From Chitinivibrionales bacterium (GTDB lineage Bacteria; Fibrobacterota; Chitinivibrionia; Chitinivibrionales; WJKA01), in the NCBI GenBank assembly GCA_038247415.1, contig JBBRUX010000012.1, positions 1-64,000 of the forward strand: a stretch of DNA of 64,000 nt, read 5' to 3'. The position numbers and the translations under genes are program-made. The notes beneath the pieces are model-generated. The model made no database searches and had not been told where the DNA came from. It saw only the letters and a list, made by a program, of their open reading frames with translations. Of the stretch, positions 39,971-49,879 are shown one piece after another (position 1 is the first letter of the stretch; each line of letters begins with the position of its first letter).

Positions 39971-40828
39971 GTGGAAGTGTTTAAAACGATAGAAGAAATG
40001 CAGGATTTTAGTCGCATACAGCGCACGATGGGTAATCGAATTGGTTTTGTGCCTACCATGGGGGCTCTTCACAAAGGACATTTATCTTTATTAAAATATG
40101 CTCAGCAAGTTTCCGATGTGTCGGTGATGAGCATTTTTGTTAATCCAACTCAATTTGGGCCTGCAGAAGATTTTTCAAAATACCCCCGCCCTTTCGATGC
40201 TGATTGTGAGCGTGCCAAAAGCAATGGATGTCAGGCACTGTTTGCACCTACACCTGCAACCATGTATCCTAAAGACTATGTAACCTATGTTAATGTCCGT
40301 ACGATCACGGAACCATTATGTGGGGCAATCAGGCCAGGGCATTTTGAAGGCGTAACCACAATTGTGCTAAAACTCTTTAATTGCGTTATGCCTCATATTG
40401 CTATTTTTGGACAAAAGGATGCGCAGCAATGCATTGTTATTAAAAGAATGGTCCTTGATCTTAACATGGATATGCACATTGCTATTGCTCCAACGCTTCG
40501 AGAATCCGATGGCGTAGCAATGAGCTCGCGCAATAGTTACCTAACTCCTTTAGAGCGAAGTCAAGCAATATCGCTTTCTAAAGGATTGGGAATGGCGCAA
40601 GATTTGTTTTGTAAAGGGGTTGTTCAAACAGGAGAACTTCTTACGGTTATTACGCAGCAGATCAATCAAGCAACCGAATTGCACATCGAATATGTTGAGG
40701 CGGTTTCAACGCTTTCTCTTGAAAAAACCGATATCATAGCCGGCCCAACGCTCTTTGCCTGCGCGGTTCGTACAAAAACGAGCGGTACCAGATTAATTGA
40801 CAATTGCATTATTGGAGGTTCTTTGTGA
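39971..40828 (+). CDS. panC: Pantoate-beta-alanine ligase
   Basis: VPTMGALHKGH, SIFVNPTQF, RPGHF.GV, FGQKD.QQ, AMSSRN, RLIDN. Confidence 0.97.
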   Translation: MEVFKTIEEMQDFSRIQRTMGNRIGFVPTMGALHKGHLSLLKYAQQVSDVSVMSIFVNPTQFGPAEDFSKYPRPFDADCERAKSNGCQALFAPTPATMYPKDYVTYVNVRTITEPLCGAIRPGHFEGVTTIVLKLFNCVMPHIAIFGQKDAQQCIVIKRMVLDLNMDMHIAIAPTLRESDGVAMSSRNSYLTPLERSQAISLSKGLGMAQDLFCKGVVQTGELLTVITQQINQATELHIEYVEAVSTLSLEKTDIIAGPTLFACAVRTKTSGTRLIDNCIIGGSL

Positions 40829-42120
40829 GTACTGTTAATGCCCCCATGCAGCAAACACCTATTATCTATAATTTGTTTCCACGGCATTTTAAAAAAATAG
40901 GGGATTGGTCTAAAAAGCTCGCGCACATTGCTGCTTTGGGCTGCAATTGGGTGTACGTTAATCCTTTTCATGAAACGGGCTTTTCGGGAAGCCTGTATGC
41001 TATTAAAAATTACTATAAGCTCAATCCACTGTTTTTGACAAAAAAAAACGACCCCTCAGATCTTAGCCCGTTGGTTTTGTTTGTTGATGAATGCGCAAAA
41101 AAGAAGCTGGCTGTCATGATGGATTTGGTTATTAATCATACCGCCTTCGACTCTGTGCTTGTTGACGAGCATCCATCATGGTTTAAACGCGATGCAGCTG
41201 GCAAGCTTGTTAGTCCTTCTGCTATAGATCCAGCAAATGCCGATTCTGTAACGGTGTGGGGTGATTTAGCGTCCATTGATAATCAAGAAAGTTCCGACAA
41301 AAAGGCACTCTGGCGCTATTGGGATACCCTTATTGCTTTTTATCAGAATCTTGGAATTAAAGGATTCAGATGCGATGCCGCTTATCAAGTGTCAAGTGAC
41401 CTGTGGAAGTTTCTTATAACAGCAGCATGCAAACGGGATCCCACAACGGTCTTTGTTGCAGAAACCCTTGGGTGTCGCCTTGAGGAAATAGAAGCTTTGA
41501 AACCGGCTGGTTTTCATTTTCTTTTTAATTCATCAAAGTGGTGGAAATTTGATGAGCCCTGGTGTCTCGATCAACATGAGGCTAACAGGATGATTGCTCC
41601 TTCGATTAGTTTTGCCGAATCCCACGATACTCTAAGGATTGCCTTGGAAGCAGAAAATAATGTAAATGTTGTTAAAGCACGCTATGCATTTGCTTCTGTT
41701 TTTTCTGCCGGGATTCTCTTAACAATGGGGTTTGAATATGGCGAGCATGTCAAAATGGAAGTCGTGCATGGCACCCCTGCCGATGTATCTGAGCCAGTGT
41801 GGGATTTGTCGGGTTGGATTAAGAAAATTCACGCTCTTAAGCTTTCTCTGCCGGTGCTTGGGGAAGAAGGCACATGGGTTGTTCTCACTTTATTGACAGA
41901 TCCGGTAGTTGTTCTCCAAAAGACTTCTTTGCAAGGCGAGTTGCCTTGTTTGGTGTGTATTAACAAAGAAGCAACGCAGGCACTACTAGATTTAAAGACC
42001 GTTGCGGGGCTTGTCTGGAATGTTAAAAACGCTCTACGCATCTGCTCAGAGAATCCGGTGTCTGAATCGTGTTCGGGTTCTCTACAAATTAATCCTGGCG
42101 AAATAGTTCTTATTGTGTAA
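40825..42120 (+). CDS. GH13 alpha-amylase family protein
   Basis: DLVINHTA, GFRCDAAY, AETLG, ESHDT. Confidence 0.9.
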   Translation: MSTVNAPMQQTPIIYNLFPRHFKKIGDWSKKLAHIAALGCNWVYVNPFHETGFSGSLYAIKNYYKLNPLFLTKKNDPSDLSPLVLFVDECAKKKLAVMMDLVINHTAFDSVLVDEHPSWFKRDAAGKLVSPSAIDPANADSVTVWGDLASIDNQESSDKKALWRYWDTLIAFYQNLGIKGFRCDAAYQVSSDLWKFLITAACKRDPTTVFVAETLGCRLEEIEALKPAGFHFLFNSSKWWKFDEPWCLDQHEANRMIAPSISFAESHDTLRIALEAENNVNVVKARYAFASVFSAGILLTMGFEYGEHVKMEVVHGTPADVSEPVWDLSGWIKKIHALKLSLPVLGEEGTWVVLTLLTDPVVVLQKTSLQGELPCLVCINKEATQALLDLKTVAGLVWNVKNALRICSENPVSESCSGSLQINPGEIVLIV

Positions 42121-42133
42121 TAACCGTTGGGTG

Positions 42134-42166
42134 GATGCAATCGGTATCCTTGTGTCCGATTGCATC
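42134..42166. terminator. Hairpin between convergent genes
   Basis: GATGCAATCGG-N11-CCGATTGCATC. Confidence 0.7.
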
Positions 42167-42185
42167 GACTCTTTGGTTCATTGTA

Positions 42186-44636
42186 TTACTTTGATTTCTT
42201 CCTTCGCATCTGCCATCCCACCGCGCCAAGAAGTACCAGAACATAAACTCCCAGCGCAACTGTCGTAACTTTTCGCCACTTAACGGCGCTTGGAGAGTTG
42301 TAGGTTAGAATTACAGTGCTGATGCCTTGAGGAATAGCAATCCCTTTACAGGCAACGTTAACTCGATAAACTTGAGCCTTTTTGCCGTTAACAGTTGCTG
42401 TCCAACCTGGATTATAGTTTTCTGTAATAACGAGAACTTGTTCTTTGTTTGATGTTACGTGCAGAGCAATGTGCCCTTTACGAATCTCATACTTTGTGAT
42501 TACTATGGCATTCTGTAGTGTTGAATCGATGGAGTTTTGCTTGGGAAGTAGCGGCAAGTCCCGATTGTTAACAATAATCGTGTTTTGCGGAATAATGCTT
42601 TGGTCAAGCATTGCGGTAAGGGAAGCTATTTGATCTTGCGCCCCAATGTATTCTGATGCAAAATAAAACCGCGGGAACACAGTAGTGTTTTTGTAAATCC
42701 GCAATCCATTCGAATTTAAAATAAGCGAGCAGCTCGGGGTAGTAACTTCCTGCAAAGCGAGGATGTATTTAGCATTAATAATATTGAGAAGGTTAGAATA
42801 CCGGTTCATGAGCTGCGGTATGTTCTGGTATTGAGGCTGCCCAATTGCATACGAGGCACTTTGGAGAACTTGGATTAAGTCATTATAATTTTTATCGGGA
42901 AAGTCATCAAAAATAAAGGTGAAATCTATTCCGGATATGTTAAGTCGGCCATCGGGGATCATCGAATGCACCCGATACAGCGATGTGTCTATCTGGGTAA
43001 AAAATTGTCCAATAGAGTGTTCGCCTGCTTCCTGGCGTAAAAAGGCGGTTTTTGGTTTTGCTGCTTGCGAGAGAAATGGGTAGGAGATTCTAAGTGCGTC
43101 GATAAGGATACAGGCGAGTGTTAGTCCAATAAAAACGGGCATGGAGATCTTTTTTTTCATGACCATATGTGCTGCAATGCAGAAACCTGTTATCACAATA
43201 AATGTAAAGACTGCACCTGTTTGCATTGTGGGCAAATAAGCTTGCAAAATGCGAAATTTTTGATCTTCACGTGCTGCAAGAGTATATATTGACGAATACC
43301 ACCATTGAGCCAAGGGCCCCGTCGCGATCATGAAGAGAAATGCGCCACCTACCGATATTCCGCTTGCCCATAAAAACTTTTTGAAGTAGAGTGCATTATT
43401 TTCTGCTACATTTTTTCGGATTGCTTCAAGAGAATAGGCAGCGAGAGCAAAAGCCGAAAAGTAGCACCATATATACATCATACTGGGTGCTCGAAATGAT
43501 TTGATCCCCGGTAAAAGCTCGTAAGCTAATCGATGAAATGGGGTGTTTGGACCCAGGGCATAAAAAAGTGCCACAAGAAACGCTATACCAAAAAGAACTT
43601 GGTTGTGATTTGGTTTTTGAGCCACAAATAATAAAATTGCAAGAAATAAGAAGAGAATTCCAAAGTATTCAGAGTTAAGCTTAAGGCCATTCTGGCCCCA
43701 ATAATATTCTTTCCAGCCAACAAAATCGGGTTCTATAAACGAGGCTACTTCTTCCGCATGCAAAGCATAGGATGAAGCGTAATCATAATCTACACCCCCG
43801 GCTCGCTTTGATGTTTCTGTAGTGTTTTTCATGGACGGGAAGGTGTTCATTGCAGTGGTCGTTGCCCCCAAAGTCAGGGCTGCGACAAAAAATAGTGTTG
43901 ATCGGATTGCGCTCGATACAAGGCGTTTTTTTGTGATTATTTCAATTGTCATGCGTGCCGCAAAATAAAGGCCCATGCCAACAAGTACGAAGTATGCCAT
44001 CTGTAAATGTTGAGAATATATTGACAACGCAATAAGCGGGACAATGCCCAAAATATCCCATATCGATGGTTTCTTAAATATTCGCTCCACAAAAAACATA
44101 AGTCCTGGAAAACATGCAATAACCTCCATTTTTGCAAAATGGCCGGGAAAAATGTTAGAGACTAGGCCGGGGGCAAACATGAATCCAATCCCACATACAT
44201 AGGCAACAGATCTAGATATACCAAGGGATCTCACGTATAAAAACATGAATAGCCCAGCACAAAAAATCCAGAAAATGTACTCGAATATTCGGGCTTGATA
44301 TTTAGGCATAATAAGGTAAAGCGGGTAGGTTGGGTTAATAAACCTTCCAAATCGCCGTTCCATCATAGCCGAACCACCGTCAAGTGGAACCCATTTGTCG
44401 AGTGGACTGGTAAACGCATGGCCAAGGTCGCCATTCTGGCTATACCAACCCCGTGGGCCGTCGTCGGTACCGGCAATAATCGAAGAAAAATTGAGGTAGG
44501 GGAGGAAGTAGAGCGTGGCTAATACAAGGAATAGGGCTGCTGGGAACCATCGACTTGATACATAATTCTTTAAATTTATTTTGCTCGACAGAGATTGGCT
44601 GTTTGTTTGAGTTTCAGTATGGTGTTGGGTGTTCAT
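42186..44636 (-). CDS. YfhO family GT-C membrane glycosyltransferase
   Basis: Multi-TM protein; H.QMAY, YWG, FRAP, 'ENYNPGW.A.VNGK' C-terminus. Confidence 0.85.
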   Translation of the reverse strand: MNTQHHTETQTNSQSLSSKINLKNYVSSRWFPAALFLVLATLYFLPYLNFSSIIAGTDDGPRGWYSQNGDLGHAFTSPLDKWVPLDGGSAMMERRFGRFINPTYPLYLIMPKYQARIFEYIFWIFCAGLFMFLYVRSLGISRSVAYVCGIGFMFAPGLVSNIFPGHFAKMEVIACFPGLMFFVERIFKKPSIWDILGIVPLIALSIYSQHLQMAYFVLVGMGLYFAARMTIEIITKKRLVSSAIRSTLFFVAALTLGATTTAMNTFPSMKNTTETSKRAGGVDYDYASSYALHAEEVASFIEPDFVGWKEYYWGQNGLKLNSEYFGILFLFLAILLFVAQKPNHNQVLFGIAFLVALFYALGPNTPFHRLAYELLPGIKSFRAPSMMYIWCYFSAFALAAYSLEAIRKNVAENNALYFKKFLWASGISVGGAFLFMIATGPLAQWWYSSIYTLAAREDQKFRILQAYLPTMQTGAVFTFIVITGFCIAAHMVMKKKISMPVFIGLTLACILIDALRISYPFLSQAAKPKTAFLRQEAGEHSIGQFFTQIDTSLYRVHSMIPDGRLNISGIDFTFIFDDFPDKNYNDLIQVLQSASYAIGQPQYQNIPQLMNRYSNLLNIINAKYILALQEVTTPSCSLILNSNGLRIYKNTTVFPRFYFASEYIGAQDQIASLTAMLDQSIIPQNTIIVNNRDLPLLPKQNSIDSTLQNAIVITKYEIRKGHIALHVTSNKEQVLVITENYNPGWTATVNGKKAQVYRVNVACKGIAIPQGISTVILTYNSPSAVKWRKVTTVALGVYVLVLLGAVGWQMRRKKSK

Positions 44637-44894
44637 GGAAATCCTTATTGGGAAAATCTTTGAAAAAGGTATTATTTCTGAATGAATATATTTTCTTAAT
44701 ATAGTTTAGAGCTTCTCATAATTAAATGAAATTATGCTGGAAATTATTAATTCATTTTCCTACTATTTCGTGATTTTATTAAGCATTGGTTTGCATTATA
44801 TGAGAATACGAATCTGTATTTTATCAAAAATTGGCGTAAAGAAGAACTATTCACTAAATTTTACAGGATGATCTTTTAAGAGAGGCTAAAGAAG

Positions 44895-46013
44895 TTGAAA
44901 ATTTCATTGTATTCCTATGATAGTATGAGAAACCCACGCTGTGGGGGCGGAGGTGCGTATCGCTTATGGACAATTCACACATTGCTCGCTAGCAGGCATC
45001 AAATTGCATTCTTTGGGGGTAAGTATCCGGGCGCTCATAGCGAGATTGAACCGGGTATTAGCAAGAAGTTTTTAGGACTATCATCTCCGTATATTCTGAG
45101 CCGTATTAGCTATACCATTATTGCTACTATTCATGGCATATTTTCATCTGCAGACCTAATCATTATTGATTATTCTGTGTTTTCTCCAGTTTTGTCATTC
45201 CTTGTTAACAGAAATAAAACCATAATCGAATTTTACCATATTGTTGGCAAGGAAGCCTTTGGTAAATATGGCATGGCTGGTATTTTCCCATGGGGTTTTG
45301 AAAGTGCAGCGTTGCGATGTGGTAAAAACTTTATAACGCTTACCGATTCGATGGCTGATGTATTGCAAACGAAATACAACCACACAGCTGTTTGTGCATC
45401 GTATACCGGATATGATACTGCGATAGATAACCGTGATTTAAATGACGGTAGCTATATACTTTTTTTTGGAAGAATTGATATTAGGATGAAAGGTATCGAT
45501 ATCCTAATAGACGCATTTGATAAAATTGCTTTTGATTTTCCTCATAGGCTAAAAATTGCAGGGCGCGGCGCAGATGCAAGTATTGCATGGCTTAACAAAA
45601 GGATTAAAACCTCTACCTTTGGCAATCGGATAGACTTTTTTCAAAATGTTGCTAGCAAAGAGAAGTATGCGTTGTTTCATGGTGCAACATTTGTTTGCAT
45701 GCCGTCACGTTTTGAAGGGTGGTGTATTTCAGCAATCGAAGCAGCAGCAAGCTCTAAAGCAACGCTTGGAACTCGAATTCCAGGTCTAAAAGATTCTATT
45801 CGCGAAGGAATTACAGGACTCTTGGTAGAACCCAATAATGCAGGTGAGTTGGCTTTGGGTATGCAAACGCTTCTCAAAGATCGGGACTTACGTAATCGAT
45901 TAGGATCGGCAGGCAACGTATGGTCCAAAAATTTTAGGTGGGAAGTTGTGGCGCAAAAGCAAGAGCAATTTTATGAACAAATATTTAAGGAATTAAAACA
46001 GAATAAGGGTTGA
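44895..46013 (+). CDS. GT4 glycosyltransferase
   Basis: FFGRI..KGID.L, PSRFEGW....IEAAA. Confidence 0.92.
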   Translation: MKISLYSYDSMRNPRCGGGGAYRLWTIHTLLASRHQIAFFGGKYPGAHSEIEPGISKKFLGLSSPYILSRISYTIIATIHGIFSSADLIIIDYSVFSPVLSFLVNRNKTIIEFYHIVGKEAFGKYGMAGIFPWGFESAALRCGKNFITLTDSMADVLQTKYNHTAVCASYTGYDTAIDNRDLNDGSYILFFGRIDIRMKGIDILIDAFDKIAFDFPHRLKIAGRGADASIAWLNKRIKTSTFGNRIDFFQNVASKEKYALFHGATFVCMPSRFEGWCISAIEAAASSKATLGTRIPGLKDSIREGITGLLVEPNNAGELALGMQTLLKDRDLRNRLGSAGNVWSKNFRWEVVAQKQEQFYEQIFKELKQNKG

Positions 46014-46015
46014 TT

Positions 46016-46031
46016 TGTGATGTAGATCACA
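46016..46031. promoter_or_regulatory. CRP-type box TGTGA-N6-TCACA
   Basis: TGTGA TGTAGA TCACA. Confidence 0.75.
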
Positions 46032-46128
46032 TTTTAGAAGACTCTCACACTATCACAATTTATATTATGATCCGTTTTTCATTTTCAGTTTCATCAGTTT
46101 TGAATGATCCACATCTTTTAAGGAGTAA

Positions 46129-46445
46129 ATGGTTTTGAGAACTAGAATAATTTAGAAATATTGCCTTCTCCCAAGCTTTATTATGAGTCTTTTATTATTC
46201 GGTTGTCGCGCCCCAATTACACCTGCATTCAAACCAACGAATCTTTTATATACGCCAAATCAGGTAACAATTTATAAGGGTGCTGGTATGGCCCCAATAG
46301 CGCCTAGTCTAGATGGACAAGCAGACACTTTTATGGTATCTCCTGACTTACCTAATGGGATTGTTTTATAGAGGGATGGTATTATTTCAGGAATTCAATT
46401 AAAAGCTATTTCAAGGGTAGCATATACTCTAACTGCCATTTGCTT
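46129..46445 (+). pseudogene. Degraded lipoprotein with putative Ig (He_PIG-like) domain
   Basis: AGGAG RBS then ATG 46129; lipobox LLFGC; 'PDLPNGIVL*..GIISG...YTLTA'; in-frame TAGs at 46153 and 46369; truncated by the opposite gene. Confidence 0.65.
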
Positions 46446-46446
46446 T

Positions 46447-48129
46447 TTAGCGGATAGAGAAAAACACAGTAGCAGATCTACCTGTTGTATTTTGATAATC
46501 GGTCGCAATTGCGTACAGAGCGTGTGATCCAATTGATAAGTTTTTAAGCTTTGTGCTATAGGGTGAAATTGAATCAACAGCAATTTTTACACTATCTCTA
46601 AAGAAGGTAACTTTTCTGATAGTGCCATCGGTATCAGAAGCAGTTGCTCTAACTAAAATAGAGTCGGTTGCTAAATAATTTGAATTGTTTGTGGGTGATG
46701 TTAGCGATACTCGTGGTGCCTGATTTACAGGATTCGCAGTAACAGTAAAATTGACTAGCATTGATTTTTTAGTTCCATTTGAATTGTCATAGGCTACTGC
46801 ATAAATCTGATGAGGACCTACTGGCACGTTTACCAATTTAATGGTATACGGGGCGATACTATCGGTGGCAATCAGTGCACTGTCTCTATAGAGTATGACT
46901 TTCTTGATGGTACCATCAGAATCTGATGCGACCATAGATACCACAACACTATCTGTTCCTAAAATAGACGCATTGTGAGCAGGAGAAATAATGCTTACAG
47001 AAGGAAGCTTGTTAGTTCCTTGTGTAACATTAAAACTTATGGTTGCAGATTTAGTGGCAGCATTCTGGTTATCATACGCTATAGCGTAAACCTTATGTGA
47101 GCTTGGAAATACATTTCGGAACGCTGTTTTATAGGGCGCAACACTGTCGATGGCAATAAGAAGTGTGTCACAATAAAAAAGCACTTCTTTAACTATTCCA
47201 TCAGAGTCTGATGCGGTTGCAGAAACAACGATACTGTCTGTAGTCTTGTAAGAAGCATTATTTATAGGGGATGTTATCGCTACCCGGGGAGCCTTGTTAA
47301 CAACAGCGGGTTTAACGGTAATGTTGACTTTTGCGGATTGAGCGCTAGCATTAAAATTGTCGTATGCTCTGGCATAAAATTGATGACCACCGACAGCTAA
47401 ATTACTAAGCATAACTCTAAAGGAAGCAGTACTATCAGTCCCTAATGGTAGACTATCCATAAAAAATATCACCCGTGAAATTGTTCCATCTGAATCGGAT
47501 GCCAATGCAATAAGAGGGACGCTATCAGTAGTTGTATACGTTGCGTTATTGGTAGGGGATATAAGGGTTATTTTTGGGGCGACGTTGGGAGTCGTATCCC
47601 GTATTGTAACACCAAATTTTGTAAATCCAAAATCGGCTGACATATTTGCCTGATAAGGAATGACCTGCAAAGCTAGTGAAGTTGTGTTTTTTGCAGATAT
47701 TTTGAAGAGAATGGGAAGAGATGTTGATACGAATTTGGCTGATGTGGAGCATGTTAGCGGTGTGCCATAGAGTAATTCGTTTGTAGCGCTTACAAGTGCG
47801 AATTGGGTTAATTTATAAGATCCGACTGGCATTAATATCCCATTGCTTATAAATTGATTGTTGCTATTAAAAAGCTGTATTCTTTCTTGGTATTTGACAT
47901 TTTTGTTAGTACTTGAGTCTGTAATAGTAACAATTGCTGCATCAATCTTTTTAACTGTACCGGAATCAATTGCAAGACTTTTTGCGAGTGAAGCAACGGT
48001 TCCACATGAAAAGGTGAACTCACCAGTTTCTGCTGGGGCTTTTGATGAAAGATCATTGGGTCCCTGACAACCCCACATAACAATTCCTGCAACTAGAGAG
48101 GAAGCGAATAACAAACGAGACATCTTCAT
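46447..48129 (-). CDS. Lipoprotein with four tandem Ig-like (Big_7-type) domains
   Basis: Lipobox VMWGC; four 'N..P.V.I.SP.N...A.ASDSDG.I..V.F...D..APY...G.H..YA.A.D' repeats. Confidence 0.88.
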   Translation of the reverse strand: MKMSRLLFASSLVAGIVMWGCQGPNDLSSKAPAETGEFTFSCGTVASLAKSLAIDSGTVKKIDAAIVTITDSSTNKNVKYQERIQLFNSNNQFISNGILMPVGSYKLTQFALVSATNELLYGTPLTCSTSAKFVSTSLPILFKISAKNTTSLALQVIPYQANMSADFGFTKFGVTIRDTTPNVAPKITLISPTNNATYTTTDSVPLIALASDSDGTISRVIFFMDSLPLGTDSTASFRVMLSNLAVGGHQFYARAYDNFNASAQSAKVNITVKPAVVNKAPRVAITSPINNASYKTTDSIVVSATASDSDGIVKEVLFYCDTLLIAIDSVAPYKTAFRNVFPSSHKVYAIAYDNQNAATKSATISFNVTQGTNKLPSVSIISPAHNASILGTDSVVVSMVASDSDGTIKKVILYRDSALIATDSIAPYTIKLVNVPVGPHQIYAVAYDNSNGTKKSMLVNFTVTANPVNQAPRVSLTSPTNNSNYLATDSILVRATASDTDGTIRKVTFFRDSVKIAVDSISPYSTKLKNLSIGSHALYAIATDYQNTTGRSATVFFSIR

Positions 48130-48247
48130 GCGAGACTCTTTTAAAAAGGTATGATTGGGAAAAAAATGTTGAGGCATCTGCCAAAACACTCTTTAAAACT
48201 AGTTTGCTTTTGTATACATTCATAAATTATTGAATTTTTTCCATTAC

Positions 48248-48269
48248 AAATGTGATGTGCGTCACATTT
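48248..48269. promoter_or_regulatory. Full-consensus CRP box AAATGTGA-N6-TCACATTT
   Basis: AAATGTGA TGTGCG TCACATTT, ~120 bp upstream of the Ig lipoprotein start. Confidence 0.82.
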
Positions 48270-48340
48270 GCAGATTCCAGTGCTTCAGCTCAAAAAAGAA
48301 AACTAATGCAATTAAAACTAATATGACATGTATTTAGGCA

Positions 48341-48522
48341 ATGAGCCCGAAAGATAAACCTCTCGTTTGGTTGCGTGAAACGATACAATAGCCTCCCCTT
48401 TCTGAAAGTGCTTGTTTGGAAGCGGGGTTTTTGCTCAGGAGATTGCAGCGAGGAGAAAAACTTGCGCTGCCGCACTCTCGCCTAATGCCACGCGTTGGAA
48501 AAGATGTCATGAGTTGAGGATA
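48341..48522 (+). pseudogene. RelE/HigB (Gp49-like) toxin remnant
   Basis: MSPKDKPLVWL..IQ*PPLS..A.LEAGFLLRRLQRGEKLALPHSR.MP.VG then frameshift into CHELR; truncated. Confidence 0.75.
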
Positions 48523-48711
48523 ATGGTATGAATGATGCAAGCGGCTTCATGAGCATGATAATATTGTGAATATTCTTACTGTAGAATTTCGAAAAGATGC
48601 ATAGTAAATGACAAATTGAGCTGTTTTAGACGACAAGAAACATATTCAGCGCTTAAAATTGTCAAATAAGACTTGCTTTCAAGTCTTTCATCCATGGCTA
48701 AGGAATACACA

Positions 48712-49336
48712 ATGAACAATTACCCTTGCGAGATATGCGGTAAATCATACCCGGAAGATACTTTGATTAAGGGTCATGGAATACGCCATGAAATTGAGCG
48801 GCTCCTGATCGCCGATCATCCGGGTTGGAATGGTGATTGTCGCATTTGTCGTGCTGACTTCGATCTCTATCGCGTGAAGTACACAACTGCCGTGATTTCG
48901 GAAGAAAGAGAAACAATCGATAATTTTGACAAATATGTGCTCAAGAGCATTCAGGAAAATGACTTGATAACATCCAATGCCAACGAAAGCATGGGGGGGG
49001 GGGCACGCAAAGTGTCGGTGAGAAAAGAGCCGATAAAATGGCTTCGTTTGGGAGAAGCTGGAGGTTCATTCTTCTGTTCTTTGGCATTCTGCTTGTATAG
49101 CCGCGATTCAGGCGCCCATCATCATGATGAGTCAGAACCGGCAGGCGGCAAAGGATCGAATCCGATCTGAGAATGACTACAAAGTAAACCTCAAATCGGA
49201 GATCGAGATCAGAACTCTTCACGAGAAAGTCGATCACCTTTTGCTCGATCAATGGTCGAAGATGATGAGCGTGCAGGAAATGCAGATTGAGATACTGGAG
49301 GAGATTCGAAACGGGTTGGATTCTCACAAGGAATGA
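48712..49336 (+). pseudogene. DUF1003 protein pseudogene
   Basis: N-terminal CxxC region; frameshift at G11 tract; ADKMASFG.SW.FI; internal deletion; AAIQAPIIMMSQNRQ..KDR...DYKVNLKSEIEI. Confidence 0.8.
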
Positions 49337-49879
49337 CCTATACCGGCTTGCAAACAACCACGAAATCCCTCAAAGGCGAACATGTTGGGTTACTCTTATG
49401 CAAATTCCGCATCCGGCGGCTTCCGAGCATTGCCCTACTGGTTTCGTTTGGCTGCGACACACCTTTCCAAACCGAATACTGCTAATGATTTTATACTTGA
49501 AAATGTTCCAATGATAAGTATTTTGCAATGACTTTTGAGTTTAGGAGTGGACTCATTTTTATCCCATTTGAAATCCAATACGAAAATTCTTGGATTTTAA
49601 TTGAAAATTGAATTCGGATTGTTTGAAACAAAGCTGAAAATAAATGGATTCATAGGAAATAATATTCTTAGTCAATTTGATATTTCTCTTAACTTTTCAA
49701 ATCACCAGTTATTGCTGCAAAAATAAATCGATGAACCCAGTGATAAGACTGCGGACTCTGGAAGATTTCGCCCGTTACGCCATTTTCCATTGCTACTTGA
49801 CATTCCTTCTAATTGCAGGTGATATCGAAGACCGATGCGCTGCGGTTTTACCTGAAATGTCAAGCATTGATCAGCTGTT

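Noticed and set aside
46447..47600. ~290-bp periodic repeats as a CRISPR or DGR array
   Set aside because: They are diverged in-frame Ig-domain repeats; no spacers, cas genes or reverse transcriptase
46129..48400. Amber recoding or pyrrolysine suggested by three in-frame TAGs
   Set aside because: Intact genes in the window terminate at TAG, and both relics have other lesions (truncation, frameshift)
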